Source of the DNA: an uncultured bacterium
GTDB lineage: Bacteria; DRYD01
NCBI GenBank assembly: GCA_937139605.1
Contig: CAKZQG010000044.1
Span: forward strand, 22,360-86,359
Length of the DNA: 64,000 nucleotides
Reading direction: 5' to 3'
Shown here in pieces: positions 17,410 to 28,009 of this stretch. Every line of letters starts with the position of its first letter. Position 1 is the first letter of the stretch. The notes below the pieces were generated by a model. The model was not told the origin of the DNA, did not search any database, and saw only the letters and a list, made by a program, of their open reading frames with translations. Made by a program: the position numbers and the translations under genes.

Positions 17410-18366
17410 TTAAATTAAACTAAGTGTAATAGGGGTAGAACCGTATGTTTCAAGTACTAATTTAGATGGAATATTATTTTCAGGGATCTCAAAAACTAAG
17501 GTCCCAAAATTCATCCCTGATGGTAATAAAACCTGTAATATATAACTACTTAACCCTTCTATATATTCATATTTATAGCCTTTATCATCATATAATACAA
17601 ATTTTCCAGTATAAAGCTGAACTTTATTAGATAAATTTTGCTGAGATACTGTTAAAACTATAAATTTAAATCCTGGTTGAGGAGTATATAACCCCTTTAT
17701 TAATTTAACTTCTTTTAATTCACTAACAGTTATTTTAAATTCCTCATTACTAGCAGAACGAGGAATAAAAACCGTAGGAGGAGTAGAAACAGGCAATTTA
17801 TTTATATTCTTAGAATCACCATTATCATTATTATCTATAAATGGAATCTCATATTTCTTTGTATCTTTTTTATCAGTATTTTTATTATTATCCTTTTTAT
17901 TATTATCAATATCTTTATTTTCAATTTCATTATTTTCAATTTTTAAATTAGCTTTAGAAGTATTACTCTTATAAGTAGGCTTATAAATAGTAATAATTCT
18001 GTTAAGCTGATCCCATTTAATTTGATATCCCAAAGGAACTAAAACATCTCTTAATGCAATTAATAATTTATTTTTATAAACAACCGCTTTAGTATATACC
18101 CTTAAATTAGAAACAATAAGTGCTTTTTCATTAGGATCCCAATAAACCGGACTATCTAATATAGAAGCTAAAACTTGAGTATCCACATAGGAAATATTAT
18201 TAAAAATATATGCTTTATATGAATTATTATCATAAGTTAAATTAGCCTCTACATAAGCAAAAGACTTATAACTTATAAAAAGCAAATTAATCAAAAAAAT
18301 AGCAAATAAAAAAATAATATAAACATATATAAATTTAAGTATATTCTTTTTACGAAATGCGTTCAT
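17410..18366 (-). CDS. hypothetical membrane-anchored protein (N-terminal TM, C-terminal beta-rich domain)
   Basis: 318 aa. It has an N-terminal hydrophobic helix and a K/D/N-rich linker. The C-terminal region resembles DUF4352-like immunoglobulin-fold lipoproteins. No confident family assignment. Confidence 0.3.
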   Translation of the reverse strand: MNAFRKKNILKFIYVYIIFLFAIFLINLLFISYKSFAYVEANLTYDNNSYKAYIFNNISYVDTQVLASILDSPVYWDPNEKALIVSNLRVYTKAVVYKNKLLIALRDVLVPLGYQIKWDQLNRIITIYKPTYKSNTSKANLKIENNEIENKDIDNNKKDNNKNTDKKDTKKYEIPFIDNNDNGDSKNINKLPVSTPPTVFIPRSASNEEFKITVSELKEVKLIKGLYTPQPGFKFIVLTVSQQNLSNKVQLYTGKFVLYDDKGYKYEYIEGLSSYILQVLLPSGMNFGTLVFEIPENNIPSKLVLETYGSTPITLSLI

Positions 18367-18428
18367 AATGAACTGCCTCCCACAAACATATATTCACCAT
18401 TAAAATCTAAAAATACACTCTAAAATTA

Positions 18429-21104
18429 TTATTTAGTTTCAACAAGATCTACTTTTTTAGAAGACAATTTAATAGTAGCTTGAGCAGCAGCTAATCTTGC
18501 AACAGGCACCCTATAAGGAGAACAACTTACATAATCAATACCAATAGAATAAGCAAATTCAATACTCTTAGGATCTCCCCCATGCTCTCCACATATCCCT
18601 GTTTCTATATTTTTAACTTTTTTAGCTTTTTCTAAACAGATCTTCATTAATTGTCCAACTCCCTCAGTATCCAAAGACTGGAAAGGATTAAACTCTAAAA
18701 TTTTATGTTCAAGATAATATGGAATAAATTTAGCTTCAGCATCATCCCGAGAATACCCAAAAGTCATCTGAGTTAAATCGTTAGTACCAAAGGAGAAAAA
18801 CTCAGTATATTGTGCGATTTTATCAGCAATTAAAGCAGCACGCGGTACCTCTATCATTGTACCAAACATATAATCTATATTAACTCCTTCTTCTTGTAAA
18901 ACTCTCTTAGCCACTTCCTCTAATCTTTCTTTTACAAATTTTATTTCATTAACGTGTCCAACTAAAGGTACCATAACTTCTGGAAAAACTTTTATTCCTT
19001 CTTTATGAGCTTTAGCAGCAGCTTTAAATATAGCAGTAACTTGCATCTCATTTATCTCTGGATAAACTATCCCCAACCTACATCCTCTAAATCCTAACAT
19101 TGGATTAGCTTCCCTTAGATTTTGTGATTTAATCAACATTTTTTGATATTTTTCAACTAATGAATTATGCCCCCTTTGCTTTGCATCCTTTATTAATTCA
19201 TTTAATATTTCCTCTTTAGGTAAAAATTCATGTAGCGGTGGATCTAATAACCTAATAATAACAGGATAACCTTTCATTTCTTTAAAAATATTATAAAAAT
19301 CATCTATTTGCATAAGCAATAATTTATCTAAAGCTTTTTTACGTTCTTCATAGGTTTCGGCAATAATCATTTCTTGCATAACAGGTAACCTATCTTCTGC
19401 CATAAACATATGCTCTGTTCTACATAATCCAATACCTTTAGCTCCATAGTAATAAGCTTTAGCAGCATCTTGTGGGGTATCAGCATTAGCTCTTACCCCT
19501 ATCTTTGCCACTTCATCCGCTAACTCTAATAACTCAAAAAATTCTTTACTAGGTTTCGGATCAATTAAAGGAACTTCACCTAAATAAACATTCCCTGTAG
19601 TACCATCTATAGTTATCATATCATATTCCTTAACAATAACATCATTAACTTTAAAAAATTTATTTTCTAAATCTATTTTAATTTCTTCAGCTCCAACAAC
19701 TGCAGGTTTCCCCATCCCCCTTGCTACTACTGCAGCATGACTAGTATTACCCCCTCTACTAGTTAAAACACCCTTTGCTCTAGCTAATCCATGAATATCA
19801 TCAGGATTAGTTTCCGGTCGAACTAATATAACCTTTTGGCCTTCTTCACCCAATTTAGCAGCTAACTTAGAATCAAATATTACTTTCCCAGAGGCAGCTC
19901 CAGGTGAAGCATTTAATCCCTTAGCAATTGGTTTTTCTTTATAACTAGGATCAACTTGAGGATGTAATAATTTTTCTATTTCTTCAGTAGAAACCCTTAA
20001 TAAAGCTTCTTCTTTAGTAATTAATCCTTCTTTATAAAAAGATATAGCAATTTTAACAGAAGCAGCAGGTGTTCTCTTACCATTTCTCGTTTGAAGCATA
20101 TACAATTTTCCGTCTTCTATAGTAAATTCCATATCCTGCATATCTTTATAATGCTTTTCCAATTTTTCAGCAATTTTAAGTAATTGATCATAAATTTCAG
20201 GCCATTGCTTTAACATATTAACAATAGGTTCAGGGGTTCTAATACCTGCAACAACATCCTCACCTTGTGCATTAATTAAATATTCCCCATATAAAATTCT
20301 TTTACCATCAATAAATTCAACTTCACCTGTAGAAGGATTCCTACTAAAAGCAACCCCAGTAGCAGATCTCTCATTTAAATTCCCAAAAACCATAGAAACT
20401 ATATTAACAGCAGTTCCCCAATCTTCAGGAATATTATATAATCTTCTATATTCTTTTGCTCTCTCATTATTCCACGAATTGAAAACAGTCCTTATAGATA
20501 ATTCCAATTGCTTATAAACGTCCTGAGGAAACTCTTTGTTATATTTAGCATACTCTTGTTTATATAATTCTATTATATTTTTTAGATCATTAGAATCAAG
20601 TTCTATATCAAGTTTTTTATTATGTTTTTCTTTATAATGATGTAAAATATCTTCAAAAGTTTTAATTCCCATAACAGTAGAACCAAACATTTGTAATAAT
20701 CTTCTATAAGAATCAAGAGCAAATCTTTCATTAGTTTTTTTAGCTAAAGCTAACAAAGTTTGATCATTTAATCCAACATTAAGAATAGTATCCATCATTC
20801 CAGGCATAGAAGCGGGAGCTCCAGATCTAACTGAAACAAGTAAAGGCATACCCTCAGTATCCCCAAATTTCCTATTCATTCTTCTTTCTAGTTCTTTTAT
20901 AGAATCTTTAACTAAAGGCATTAATTTATTAATAATTTCTTCTGGATTATTTAAATATAATTTACAAACTTCAGTAGTAATAGTAAAACCTGGTGGAACT
21001 GGCAATCCTAAGTTAGTCATTTCAGCTAAATTAGCACCCTTACCTCCTAATAATAATTTCATATCAGCTTTTCCTTCTTCAAAAAAATATATCCATTTAC
21101 TCAT
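18429..21104 (-). CDS. ppdK: pyruvate, phosphate dikinase
   Basis: 891 aa. The N-terminus is MSKWIYFFEEGKADMKLLLGGKGANLAEMTNLGLPVPPGF. The phospho-His region is GGNTSHAAVVARGMGKPAV. The PEP-utilising C-terminus is GICGEHGGDP. Confidence 0.9.
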   Translation of the reverse strand: MSKWIYFFEEGKADMKLLLGGKGANLAEMTNLGLPVPPGFTITTEVCKLYLNNPEEIINKLMPLVKDSIKELERRMNRKFGDTEGMPLLVSVRSGAPASMPGMMDTILNVGLNDQTLLALAKKTNERFALDSYRRLLQMFGSTVMGIKTFEDILHHYKEKHNKKLDIELDSNDLKNIIELYKQEYAKYNKEFPQDVYKQLELSIRTVFNSWNNERAKEYRRLYNIPEDWGTAVNIVSMVFGNLNERSATGVAFSRNPSTGEVEFIDGKRILYGEYLINAQGEDVVAGIRTPEPIVNMLKQWPEIYDQLLKIAEKLEKHYKDMQDMEFTIEDGKLYMLQTRNGKRTPAASVKIAISFYKEGLITKEEALLRVSTEEIEKLLHPQVDPSYKEKPIAKGLNASPGAASGKVIFDSKLAAKLGEEGQKVILVRPETNPDDIHGLARAKGVLTSRGGNTSHAAVVARGMGKPAVVGAEEIKIDLENKFFKVNDVIVKEYDMITIDGTTGNVYLGEVPLIDPKPSKEFFELLELADEVAKIGVRANADTPQDAAKAYYYGAKGIGLCRTEHMFMAEDRLPVMQEMIIAETYEERKKALDKLLLMQIDDFYNIFKEMKGYPVIIRLLDPPLHEFLPKEEILNELIKDAKQRGHNSLVEKYQKMLIKSQNLREANPMLGFRGCRLGIVYPEINEMQVTAIFKAAAKAHKEGIKVFPEVMVPLVGHVNEIKFVKERLEEVAKRVLQEEGVNIDYMFGTMIEVPRAALIADKIAQYTEFFSFGTNDLTQMTFGYSRDDAEAKFIPYYLEHKILEFNPFQSLDTEGVGQLMKICLEKAKKVKNIETGICGEHGGDPKSIEFAYSIGIDYVSCSPYRVPVARLAAAQATIKLSSKKVDLVETK

Positions 21105-21151
21105 AACTTTTTACCCCCTTTTATATAAAACATAAGTTAATTTACATTAAA

Positions 21152-23068
21152 CTAAATACTCCTAACATTAGCTTGAAAACTTGATATATAATCATTAAAA
21201 TCATTCAATATTTTCTCTAATTCTATAATATTATTTTCCATAGTTTCAAGTAACTCCTGTTTTTCAGATTCATCTGTTATATCATTAAATAAACTTATAT
21301 TATTTCTAATATCTGCTAAAACAACTAAAATATTTTCGATTTTAGATAATAATCCAATAATTTCTCCTTCCTTAGGAAGATTTTCTAAATTCTTATAAAT
21401 AGATTCAAAATTAATAAATGAATTATTAATTAAATTGATAAAAGCATATAAAAACTTAGAATAATCTGTGTTATTTAAATAATTTTCTCTGAATTTATCA
21501 AATATTAATTTTAAATTAGATTTAGTTTCAATTGGAGGTTTTATTAATTTAGAATTACATTTAACACAATATTCATTATAATATTCATTTTCAAAACCAC
21601 ATTTAACACATATTATTTTTTTAACAACAAATAATTCCTCAACTTCCTTATAATCTTGTAGAATATTTAGCAATATATTCTTTATTTTATTTTCAAAATA
21701 CAACCATAAATCAACTAATAAATCTTTATTTTCATAATCACTTAGATAATTATTTACTATATTCAAAAACTCATTAAATAAATCAATATTATCAAGTATT
21801 ATTTTATCATAAGGAGTAAGTAAATTATGTTCATTTTTTTGTAAATCAGTAATAACATCATTAAAATAAATATAAAAATTGTAAATAGCTGAAATAGATA
21901 AATCTTCTGAATATACTCTATAAACTATATCATATAGATTTTCAAATACCCCAGCACCTTTTAACTCCTTAGAATCAAATCTAATATGAATCTCATTTTC
22001 TAATTTATTCATAGAATTTAAAATATCATAAAATAAATTAGCCCAATCAGAAGAAATCTCTACCTTATTAGGATAATTATTTACAATTTGTAAATATAAA
22101 CTATTAATAAAATCTTTAATTTTATTTATTTTATTTTTTATATTTTCATATGATTCATTTTTAAGAGCTTGCTTATTAAAAATTCTATTTATATAAACTT
22201 GATACCATTCAAAAGCTTTATCAAAAGAATTCCTTACTTTATACTCATATAAATTTTTAAAAGAATTAATAGAAACATAATTCTCATAAATCCAATAAGA
22301 ATAAAGAATAAATTCGAACCAGACATTAGCAAAAGGAATCCTTGTTAAAGCAATATCCTTTGAAACAATATAATACTCATAATCACTTGCCTTACTATCT
22401 ATTTCCTGAATATATTCATCTATTTCTTTTAATTGCATAATATAATCATTAGCTTTACTTAGAACACTTCTATCCTCTAATGAATCTACAACATCTTTTA
22501 TAAAAGAAATTATTTTTAAAATATTTTCTTGTAAATCTTGGCCCAATAAATCTCCCCTTATCTTTAAAAAAACCTCATAATAATCCTTTAATTCATTTAA
22601 TAATAACTTCATATAACTAGAATAATTTAAATCCATTTTATTAAAAAATGAATCTAAAACAACTAATTCCCAGGATTTTAATTCATTATTAGGAAACAAA
22701 GTAAAAACACTACTTAAATAATTTAAAAAATTAGATAAATTATTTAAAAATTCATTTAAAAAAATTAAAATATCTTCTTTAGATGAAAAATCAGAAATCC
22801 CTAAAACCTTTTCCTTATTTTGAAATATATATTCAAAAATTGATAAAACTTCTTCATTATTTATTTCTTTAAAAAAAATTATTCTAAACAAATCAATATG
22901 TTCCGAAATTTTATTAAAAAATGAATTAAAATTATTTCCAAATTTATCTAATACCTTTAAATAATCAGAATTATCAATGGTAATTAAAAGATAAAGATCA
23001 TTTAAATATATAATTGATTTATTTAAATAGAAGATAGATTCTTCCAGTATGTTTTTCAACATTACCAA
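21152..23068 (-). CDS. hypothetical protein with a C-terminal zinc-ribbon (CxxC...CxxC)
   Basis: 638 aa. It is N/Y/F-rich and low-complexity but has an intact long ORF. It contains VKCGFENEYYNEYCVKCNSKL. No recognisable catalytic motif. Confidence 0.3.
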   Translation of the reverse strand: MVMLKNILEESIFYLNKSIIYLNDLYLLITIDNSDYLKVLDKFGNNFNSFFNKISEHIDLFRIIFFKEINNEEVLSIFEYIFQNKEKVLGISDFSSKEDILIFLNEFLNNLSNFLNYLSSVFTLFPNNELKSWELVVLDSFFNKMDLNYSSYMKLLLNELKDYYEVFLKIRGDLLGQDLQENILKIISFIKDVVDSLEDRSVLSKANDYIMQLKEIDEYIQEIDSKASDYEYYIVSKDIALTRIPFANVWFEFILYSYWIYENYVSINSFKNLYEYKVRNSFDKAFEWYQVYINRIFNKQALKNESYENIKNKINKIKDFINSLYLQIVNNYPNKVEISSDWANLFYDILNSMNKLENEIHIRFDSKELKGAGVFENLYDIVYRVYSEDLSISAIYNFYIYFNDVITDLQKNEHNLLTPYDKIILDNIDLFNEFLNIVNNYLSDYENKDLLVDLWLYFENKIKNILLNILQDYKEVEELFVVKKIICVKCGFENEYYNEYCVKCNSKLIKPPIETKSNLKLIFDKFRENYLNNTDYSKFLYAFINLINNSFINFESIYKNLENLPKEGEIIGLLSKIENILVVLADIRNNISLFNDITDESEKQELLETMENNIIELEKILNDFNDYISSFQANVRSI

Positions 23069-23154
23069 ATACCCCCCCTTTTAAAAAAAAATAAAAATAA
23101 CGTTATCTTCGTTGCTCTACTTAATAAAATATTAAGAACATACATAAAACTAAA

Positions 23155-23415
23155 TTATACCAGCATATCCCTTATTTTCTTAAATATTTCAGGATAGTTT
23201 TTTATAATATAATTCCTTAACTTTCTTCTTTTAGCATATAATTTTAGCAAAGTTCTATAAGACTGATTATCCTTAGGATTCTTTTTATGATATTCTTCTA
23301 ATAAATTTATTCTAGCATTTAATAATAAAAATTGAACTTCTGGAGAACCGGTATCTTTTTCATGCCTTTTTATTAAAGAAATTATTTTTTCTTTTTCTTC
23401 TTTTTTTAATCCCAT
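23155..23415 (-). CDS. rpsO: 30S ribosomal protein S15
   Basis: 86 aa. DTGSPEVQFLLLNARINLLEEYHKKNPKDNQSYRTLLKLYAKRRKLRNYI matches the S15 signature (DTGS.EVQ.ALLT..I..L..H...H.KDHHSRRGLL..V..RRKLL.YL). Confidence 0.85.
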   Translation of the reverse strand: MGLKKEEKEKIISLIKRHEKDTGSPEVQFLLLNARINLLEEYHKKNPKDNQSYRTLLKLYAKRRKLRNYIIKNYPEIFKKIRDMLV

Positions 23416-23443
23416 ATTATTTCTCCCCTTAATTATTTTTTAT

Positions 23444-23740
23444 TTAATTATTTTTTAAAATAGGAGGGATTTTTATATACATTCCTTCATTTTTTGTATT
23501 AGTTTCTAAATAAGTTTTTACATCTATATCAGTTTTAGCTAAATCATTTAAAAACTTAGATTCCCCTAAATGATCATTATAATAAACTTCAACATCTTTT
23601 GTATCTAATTCCTGAAGCATTGAAAAGAAATCAATTATTTTAATAATATCCTTACTTATAATCTCTTTTTCATTATTTTCAAGATAAATATGAGCTAATT
23701 GACATAGGTAATCTATATCTATATTTATAGTGCTTTTCAT
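23444..23740 (-). CDS. gatC: Asp/Glu-tRNA amidotransferase subunit C (start placed at the internal Met)
   Basis: MKSTINIDIDYLCQLAHIYLENNEKEIISKDIIKIIDFFSMLQELDTKDVE matches the GatC pattern (I.H.A.LA.L.L.E.E......L..IL..V..L.E.DT..V). The longer track ORF (to 23788) would overlap the tRNA-Leu gene, so the start at 23740 is preferred. Confidence 0.55.
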   Translation of the reverse strand: MKSTINIDIDYLCQLAHIYLENNEKEIISKDIIKIIDFFSMLQELDTKDVEVYYNDHLGESKFLNDLAKTDIDVKTYLETNTKNEGMYIKIPPILKNN

Positions 23741-23761
23741 ATTAGGATTTATATTTAAGTA

Positions 23762-23847
23762 TGCCGGAGGCCGGACTCGAACCGGCACGGGGCTTTAACC
23801 CCGGGGGATTTTAAGTCCCCTGCGTCTACCTATTCCGCCACTCCGGC
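23762..23847 (-). tRNA. tRNA-Leu (anticodon UAA), long variable arm
   Basis: Minus-strand sequence GCCGGAGTGGCGGAATAGGTAGACGCAGGGGACTTAAAATCCCCCGGGGTTAAAGCCCCGTGCCGGTTCGAGTCCGGCCTCCGGCA. It has a 7-bp acceptor stem, the anticodon loop CTTAAAA, a long extra arm, the T-loop TTCGAGT and discriminator A. CCA is not encoded. Confidence 0.85.
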
Positions 23848-23910
23848 TACTACAATATCCTTATATTATCTTATTCTCTATACATCTTATTTTCCCTCTT
23901 TTAAAATTAA

Positions 23911-25005
23911 TTATTTTTTAAAAAAATTAACAATCCTATGCATCAAAAAATTCCTATCATTTTTAAAAATACTTTCAAAAACCTTGTCCCAGGTTATACT
24001 TTTTGATAAAATATACTCATAAGCATTTTCTCCCATCTTCTTAGCTAAATCTTTATTATAATATAACCTATCAAATGCTTGAGCTAACATTTTTAAATCA
24101 TTTTCTAAAATAAAACCATTATATTCATTCTCAATAAATTCAGTAGGTCCCCCAGAATCAATTAGCGTTATCAATAACTTCTTAGAATAAAAAGCCTCTA
24201 ATGTTATATATCCATAATCCTCATCGTAAGGAGTAAAAACAACTGCCAAAGAATTCGCATATAATCTTAGCTTTTCTTCTTCAGTTAAAAACTTATCTAT
24301 AATCTTAACCTTAGAAGATATTTCATTATCCTTTAAAATAGGTTGTATATGATTTCTAAAATATTTTCCTTCAATATTACCAGAAATAATCAATTTAACA
24401 TTACTTTTAGTATATTTCATAGCTTGAATAGGAATATGTTGCCTTTTAGATCCTGTTATCCTACTTGGAAAATAAATATAATCTCCATAAGATTCACTAT
24501 AATATTGATCATTATTAAACAAAGGAGGATACAAAACCTCAGAATCTATATTATTAAATTTTTTTAACCTATTAGCAACAGTTTTTGAAATAGCAAAAAC
24601 CTTCTTTGCACTCCTTAATGCAATATTATCTATTTCAATTATTTTTTTCCTTAATTCTATATTCTTTTTATCATTTACATTTAATGGATTAAATTTAGTA
24701 TCCCATAAATCATAAAGATATCTTAAATGATGCATAAACCAAACAACCTTATAAGGATGATTTACTACATAACTAAAAGGTCTGGAACATATCAAAATAT
24801 CCCCATAATTAAATTTTAACCTCTTTAAAGCATCTATTTGATCTAAAATTAAATTATGATCATCACTAAAAGGAATTAAAATAGTATCAACTAAAAATTC
24901 CGGATAAAACTCCTTTAATTTCAAACTTAACCAATTAATAAAATTAACATTCCCACCATAAATAAAAGGCACATAAGTGGATAAAATCAAAACTCTCCTA
25001 CTCAT
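23911..25005 (-). CDS. glycosyltransferase family 4 (GT-B, group 1 glycosyl transferase)
   Basis: 364 aa. The C-terminal half has EAFYSKKLLITLIDSGGPTEFIENEYNGFIL (E-x7-E-like GT1 motif). Confidence 0.65.
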   Translation of the reverse strand: MSRRVLILSTYVPFIYGGNVNFINWLSLKLKEFYPEFLVDTILIPFSDDHNLILDQIDALKRLKFNYGDILICSRPFSYVVNHPYKVVWFMHHLRYLYDLWDTKFNPLNVNDKKNIELRKKIIEIDNIALRSAKKVFAISKTVANRLKKFNNIDSEVLYPPLFNNDQYYSESYGDYIYFPSRITGSKRQHIPIQAMKYTKSNVKLIISGNIEGKYFRNHIQPILKDNEISSKVKIIDKFLTEEEKLRLYANSLAVVFTPYDEDYGYITLEAFYSKKLLITLIDSGGPTEFIENEYNGFILENDLKMLAQAFDRLYYNKDLAKKMGENAYEYILSKSITWDKVFESIFKNDRNFLMHRIVNFFKK

Positions 25006-25011
25006 AAAAAA

Positions 25012-25845
25012 TTACTTATAAGAATTTATATTCAACTTCTTAAAAAGAAAATCTAAATCATCATTAAGATTATTAAATTTAGTTATATTTTTATTTATAA
25101 TTAAATCAATATCAACTAAAAATACCCCCTCTTGATTTTCATCTAATTTAAGTAAATACTCAGATTTAGGAGAACATATAACAGATTGACCAATAAATTT
25201 TAATTTTTCATTATTATTTTGTTCAATTCCAATTCTATTAGCAGTTATAGTATAAACTTTATTTTCTAAAGCTCTAATAGGCATAGCTAAAGGGCAATAA
25301 GGTAAAACCAGATTAGCAGGATGTGCTATAATATTAGCACCTTTTAACATCAAATTCCTTGCAACTTCTGGAAAATACCAATCAAAGCAAATCATTACCC
25401 CTAACTTTATTTTATAAATATTATTATCAATATCAATAAAATCTATTTCAAATACCTTTAAATCATCACCAGGTTCAAAAATAAATTTCTCCTTATAAAA
25501 TAAATTAATTTTCCTATACTTACCAACATATCCGTTTTTATAAACAACAACAGCAGAATTATAAAATCTACTATCTTCAACTTCAAGCAATCCACTAATT
25601 ATAATTAAATTATTTTTCTTAGCTATATTAATTAAAAGATTAGTAAAATAACCATTAGGGATTTCTTCTGCTAAATCAGTTAATTCCGATTTATCTAAAA
25701 ATAAATAACCTGTATTCGCTAATTCAGGTAAAACTACTAAAGCATCTCTTATATATAAAAGATAGTTTTCTATAATTTTATAATTATAACTTTTATCTTT
25801 AAACTTAGGATGAAATTGTAAAACCCCTACTTTCATAAAATCCAC
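25012..25845 (-). CDS. carbon-nitrogen hydrolase (nitrilase-superfamily) protein
   Basis: 277 aa. It has VVLPELANTGY (catalytic Glu), the Lys region and MICFDWYFPEVARNLMLKGANIIAHPAN (catalytic Cys). Confidence 0.7.
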   Translation of the reverse strand: MDFMKVGVLQFHPKFKDKSYNYKIIENYLLYIRDALVVLPELANTGYLFLDKSELTDLAEEIPNGYFTNLLINIAKKNNLIIISGLLEVEDSRFYNSAVVVYKNGYVGKYRKINLFYKEKFIFEPGDDLKVFEIDFIDIDNNIYKIKLGVMICFDWYFPEVARNLMLKGANIIAHPANLVLPYCPLAMPIRALENKVYTITANRIGIEQNNNEKLKFIGQSVICSPKSEYLLKLDENQEGVFLVDIDLIINKNITKFNNLNDDLDFLFKKLNINSYK

Positions 25846-25847
25846 CT

Positions 25848-27494
25848 TTAATTATTATAGTTAATTTCTAAAATAAAGAATAATAAAATATATTGCTCAT
25901 TTAGTTTTTCTCCTTTTTCAATTTGGATTTTTATGCTCAAAATATTAGCTAATTCTTTAATAATAAGTAAGCCTAATTTACCTTTAGATAAATAAAGATC
26001 ACTATCATTAAATATAACTTGCTTTATTAAATTATAGCTATCTAAATCAGCTAAATTACCTACTTTTATATACAACTTATCTTTATTAAAATCAATATAT
26101 AAAAATACTTTTTTATCAATAGAATATTTATAAGCATTATCTAATAAATTAGAAAGCAATTGCTTAAAAATTTCTAAATCAATTAAAACATTTTTATTTT
26201 GAAATTCTAAATTATTTTCTAAAATATTAAAAATATCTTCACTGTTAAATTCAATATTTTCTGAATATTCCAAAAAATTAATAAAATCATTAATAAAGTT
26301 AATAAAATCTAATAATTTTACTAGTTGAAAATTAGATATTTTTTTACCTAACTTAATTCTACTATAATCTAAATATCTATAAATCATGTAATTTATTTTA
26401 TCTAATTCTAATAATATAGAATTAATTTTATTTTTAATATCAGGTTGTAAATCCTTAGTAAGTAGAAATTGTAAATTAGCTTTAATAGAAGAGATAGGAG
26501 TTCTTAAATCATGAGATACCATAGCTAATGCCTTATCCTTTAATTCACTTAAACTATAAAAATCAGTTATATCAATAAAAATCCCTATCCTATTTAAATT
26601 ATAATCAAAAACTACCATCTTAAAATAAAATCTATTAAATTTAATTATCTTTTGATTTTCTAGATTTACATCAGCTAAATTTTTAAGAAAAAAACTTTTT
26701 AAATTCTCATCAATAGGCTTATTTAAATAAATAATCTCATCATAATTATTTATAATAATAACAAAAAAAGGAGAATTATTAAATATTTGTTCTAAAATTT
26801 TCTTATTTTGCTCAATTTCGGATATATACTTTATTAAAAATTCTTTCATTAATTTTATCTTAATAAAAATATCTTTTAATTCATCATTAAAATTATAATC
26901 AATGTCATAATTAAACTTTCCTAAGGAAACATTAGAAACAAAATCTTTTATAATATTTATTCGTTTTTCTATTAATTTGAATATAAAAATAGCTAATAAA
27001 TAAGAAAAGGGGAAACTAAATAAAATAATACCTAAAGCCATATAAATTAACTCTTTTCTTATACTTTTAATAAAAGCTAAATTCATTTCAACAGCTAACA
27101 TATACCTATTAACTGGCAAAAAATAAGTCAAAACATAATTATCAAATACAACCCTCTCAATTCCAAATGGATTCTTCTTTAAAAAATCATAATCAACATT
27201 AAAAAAAACAGGATAATATAATAAAACCCTATAATTTTGATCATAAACAATAAAATAAACATACTCCGGTAAATTAGAAAATAAATAAAGCAAATAATTC
27301 CTATCAAAATATCCTAAATCTTTATCTAAATTATTAGTCTTTAAAATATCTAAAATATTATTGGCAATATATTTAATTTCCTTTTTTTTAGATTCAATAA
27401 AATAAAGCTCCCAAAACTTTATAATCACAAAATTATTAAACACTAAAAAAATAATAACCAAAATCACAATATATAATGAAACTATTTTTTTCAT
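25848..27494 (-). CDS. sensor histidine kinase
   Basis: 548 aa. It has an N-terminal TM and an HisKA H-box LAMVSHDLRTPISSIKANLQFL. The C-terminal HATPase-like region includes LLDNAYKYS. Confidence 0.65.
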   Translation of the reverse strand: MKKIVSLYIVILVIIFLVFNNFVIIKFWELYFIESKKKEIKYIANNILDILKTNNLDKDLGYFDRNYLLYLFSNLPEYVYFIVYDQNYRVLLYYPVFFNVDYDFLKKNPFGIERVVFDNYVLTYFLPVNRYMLAVEMNLAFIKSIRKELIYMALGIILFSFPFSYLLAIFIFKLIEKRINIIKDFVSNVSLGKFNYDIDYNFNDELKDIFIKIKLMKEFLIKYISEIEQNKKILEQIFNNSPFFVIIINNYDEIIYLNKPIDENLKSFFLKNLADVNLENQKIIKFNRFYFKMVVFDYNLNRIGIFIDITDFYSLSELKDKALAMVSHDLRTPISSIKANLQFLLTKDLQPDIKNKINSILLELDKINYMIYRYLDYSRIKLGKKISNFQLVKLLDFINFINDFINFLEYSENIEFNSEDIFNILENNLEFQNKNVLIDLEIFKQLLSNLLDNAYKYSIDKKVFLYIDFNKDKLYIKVGNLADLDSYNLIKQVIFNDSDLYLSKGKLGLLIIKELANILSIKIQIEKGEKLNEQYILLFFILEINYNN

Positions 27495-27508
27495 ATTAAA
27501 TTATTCAA

Positions 27509-28006
27509 TTACCTTATTAAATAAAGTAACTTGAATACCATATACTCTTTATTATTTATATCTTTATAACTAATAAAATCCTCTTTTAAATTATTTTTCA
27601 ATTTCAACTGACTTCCTATAGGAACAATTTCTTTATTAATTTTTAAATCAGACACTTCAAGATATAAATAAGAAACGAATAAAAAAGAATAGTGATAACT
27701 ATAAATCAAAATCTGGCTTCCCCAAGAGCTCAATATAAAATAAGAATGTAAGTTCTTAGGTAAATAATCCCTATAAGGATCACTAAAAAGCTCTAATAAA
27801 CTAATAGGCAGCCTATTTTTATCTAAATAATACCTATAACACGCTAACATAATATATCTTTTATTAGAAATAAAAACAGCTACTTTAGCATCCTCTTCAA
27901 GCTTTATATAATAATAATAAGCCAACAAAAATAATATTAACACAATTAAAAAAGAAACTATTACCTCTAAAACACTATACCCCTTATAAAAAATATTATT
28001 CTTCAT
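27509..28006 (-). CDS. prepilin-type N-terminal cleavage/methylation domain protein (pseudopilin-like)
   Basis: 165 aa. The N-terminus MKNNIFYKGYSVLEVIVSFLIVLILFL fits the class III signal pattern G|(F/Y)xxxE followed by a hydrophobic helix. Confidence 0.4.
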   Translation of the reverse strand: MKNNIFYKGYSVLEVIVSFLIVLILFLLAYYYYIKLEEDAKVAVFISNKRYIMLACYRYYLDKNRLPISLLELFSDPYRDYLPKNLHSYFILSSWGSQILIYSYHYSFLFVSYLYLEVSDLKINKEIVPIGSQLKLKNNLKEDFISYKDINNKEYMVFKLLYLIR

Positions 28007-28009
28007 TAA

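Noticed and set aside
23741-23788. N-terminal 16 codons of the track ORF for gatC (MPVRVRPPAYLNINPN)
   Set aside because: This stretch overlaps the tRNA-Leu gene (23762-23847). The GatC homology begins at the internal Met, so the start is placed at 23740.
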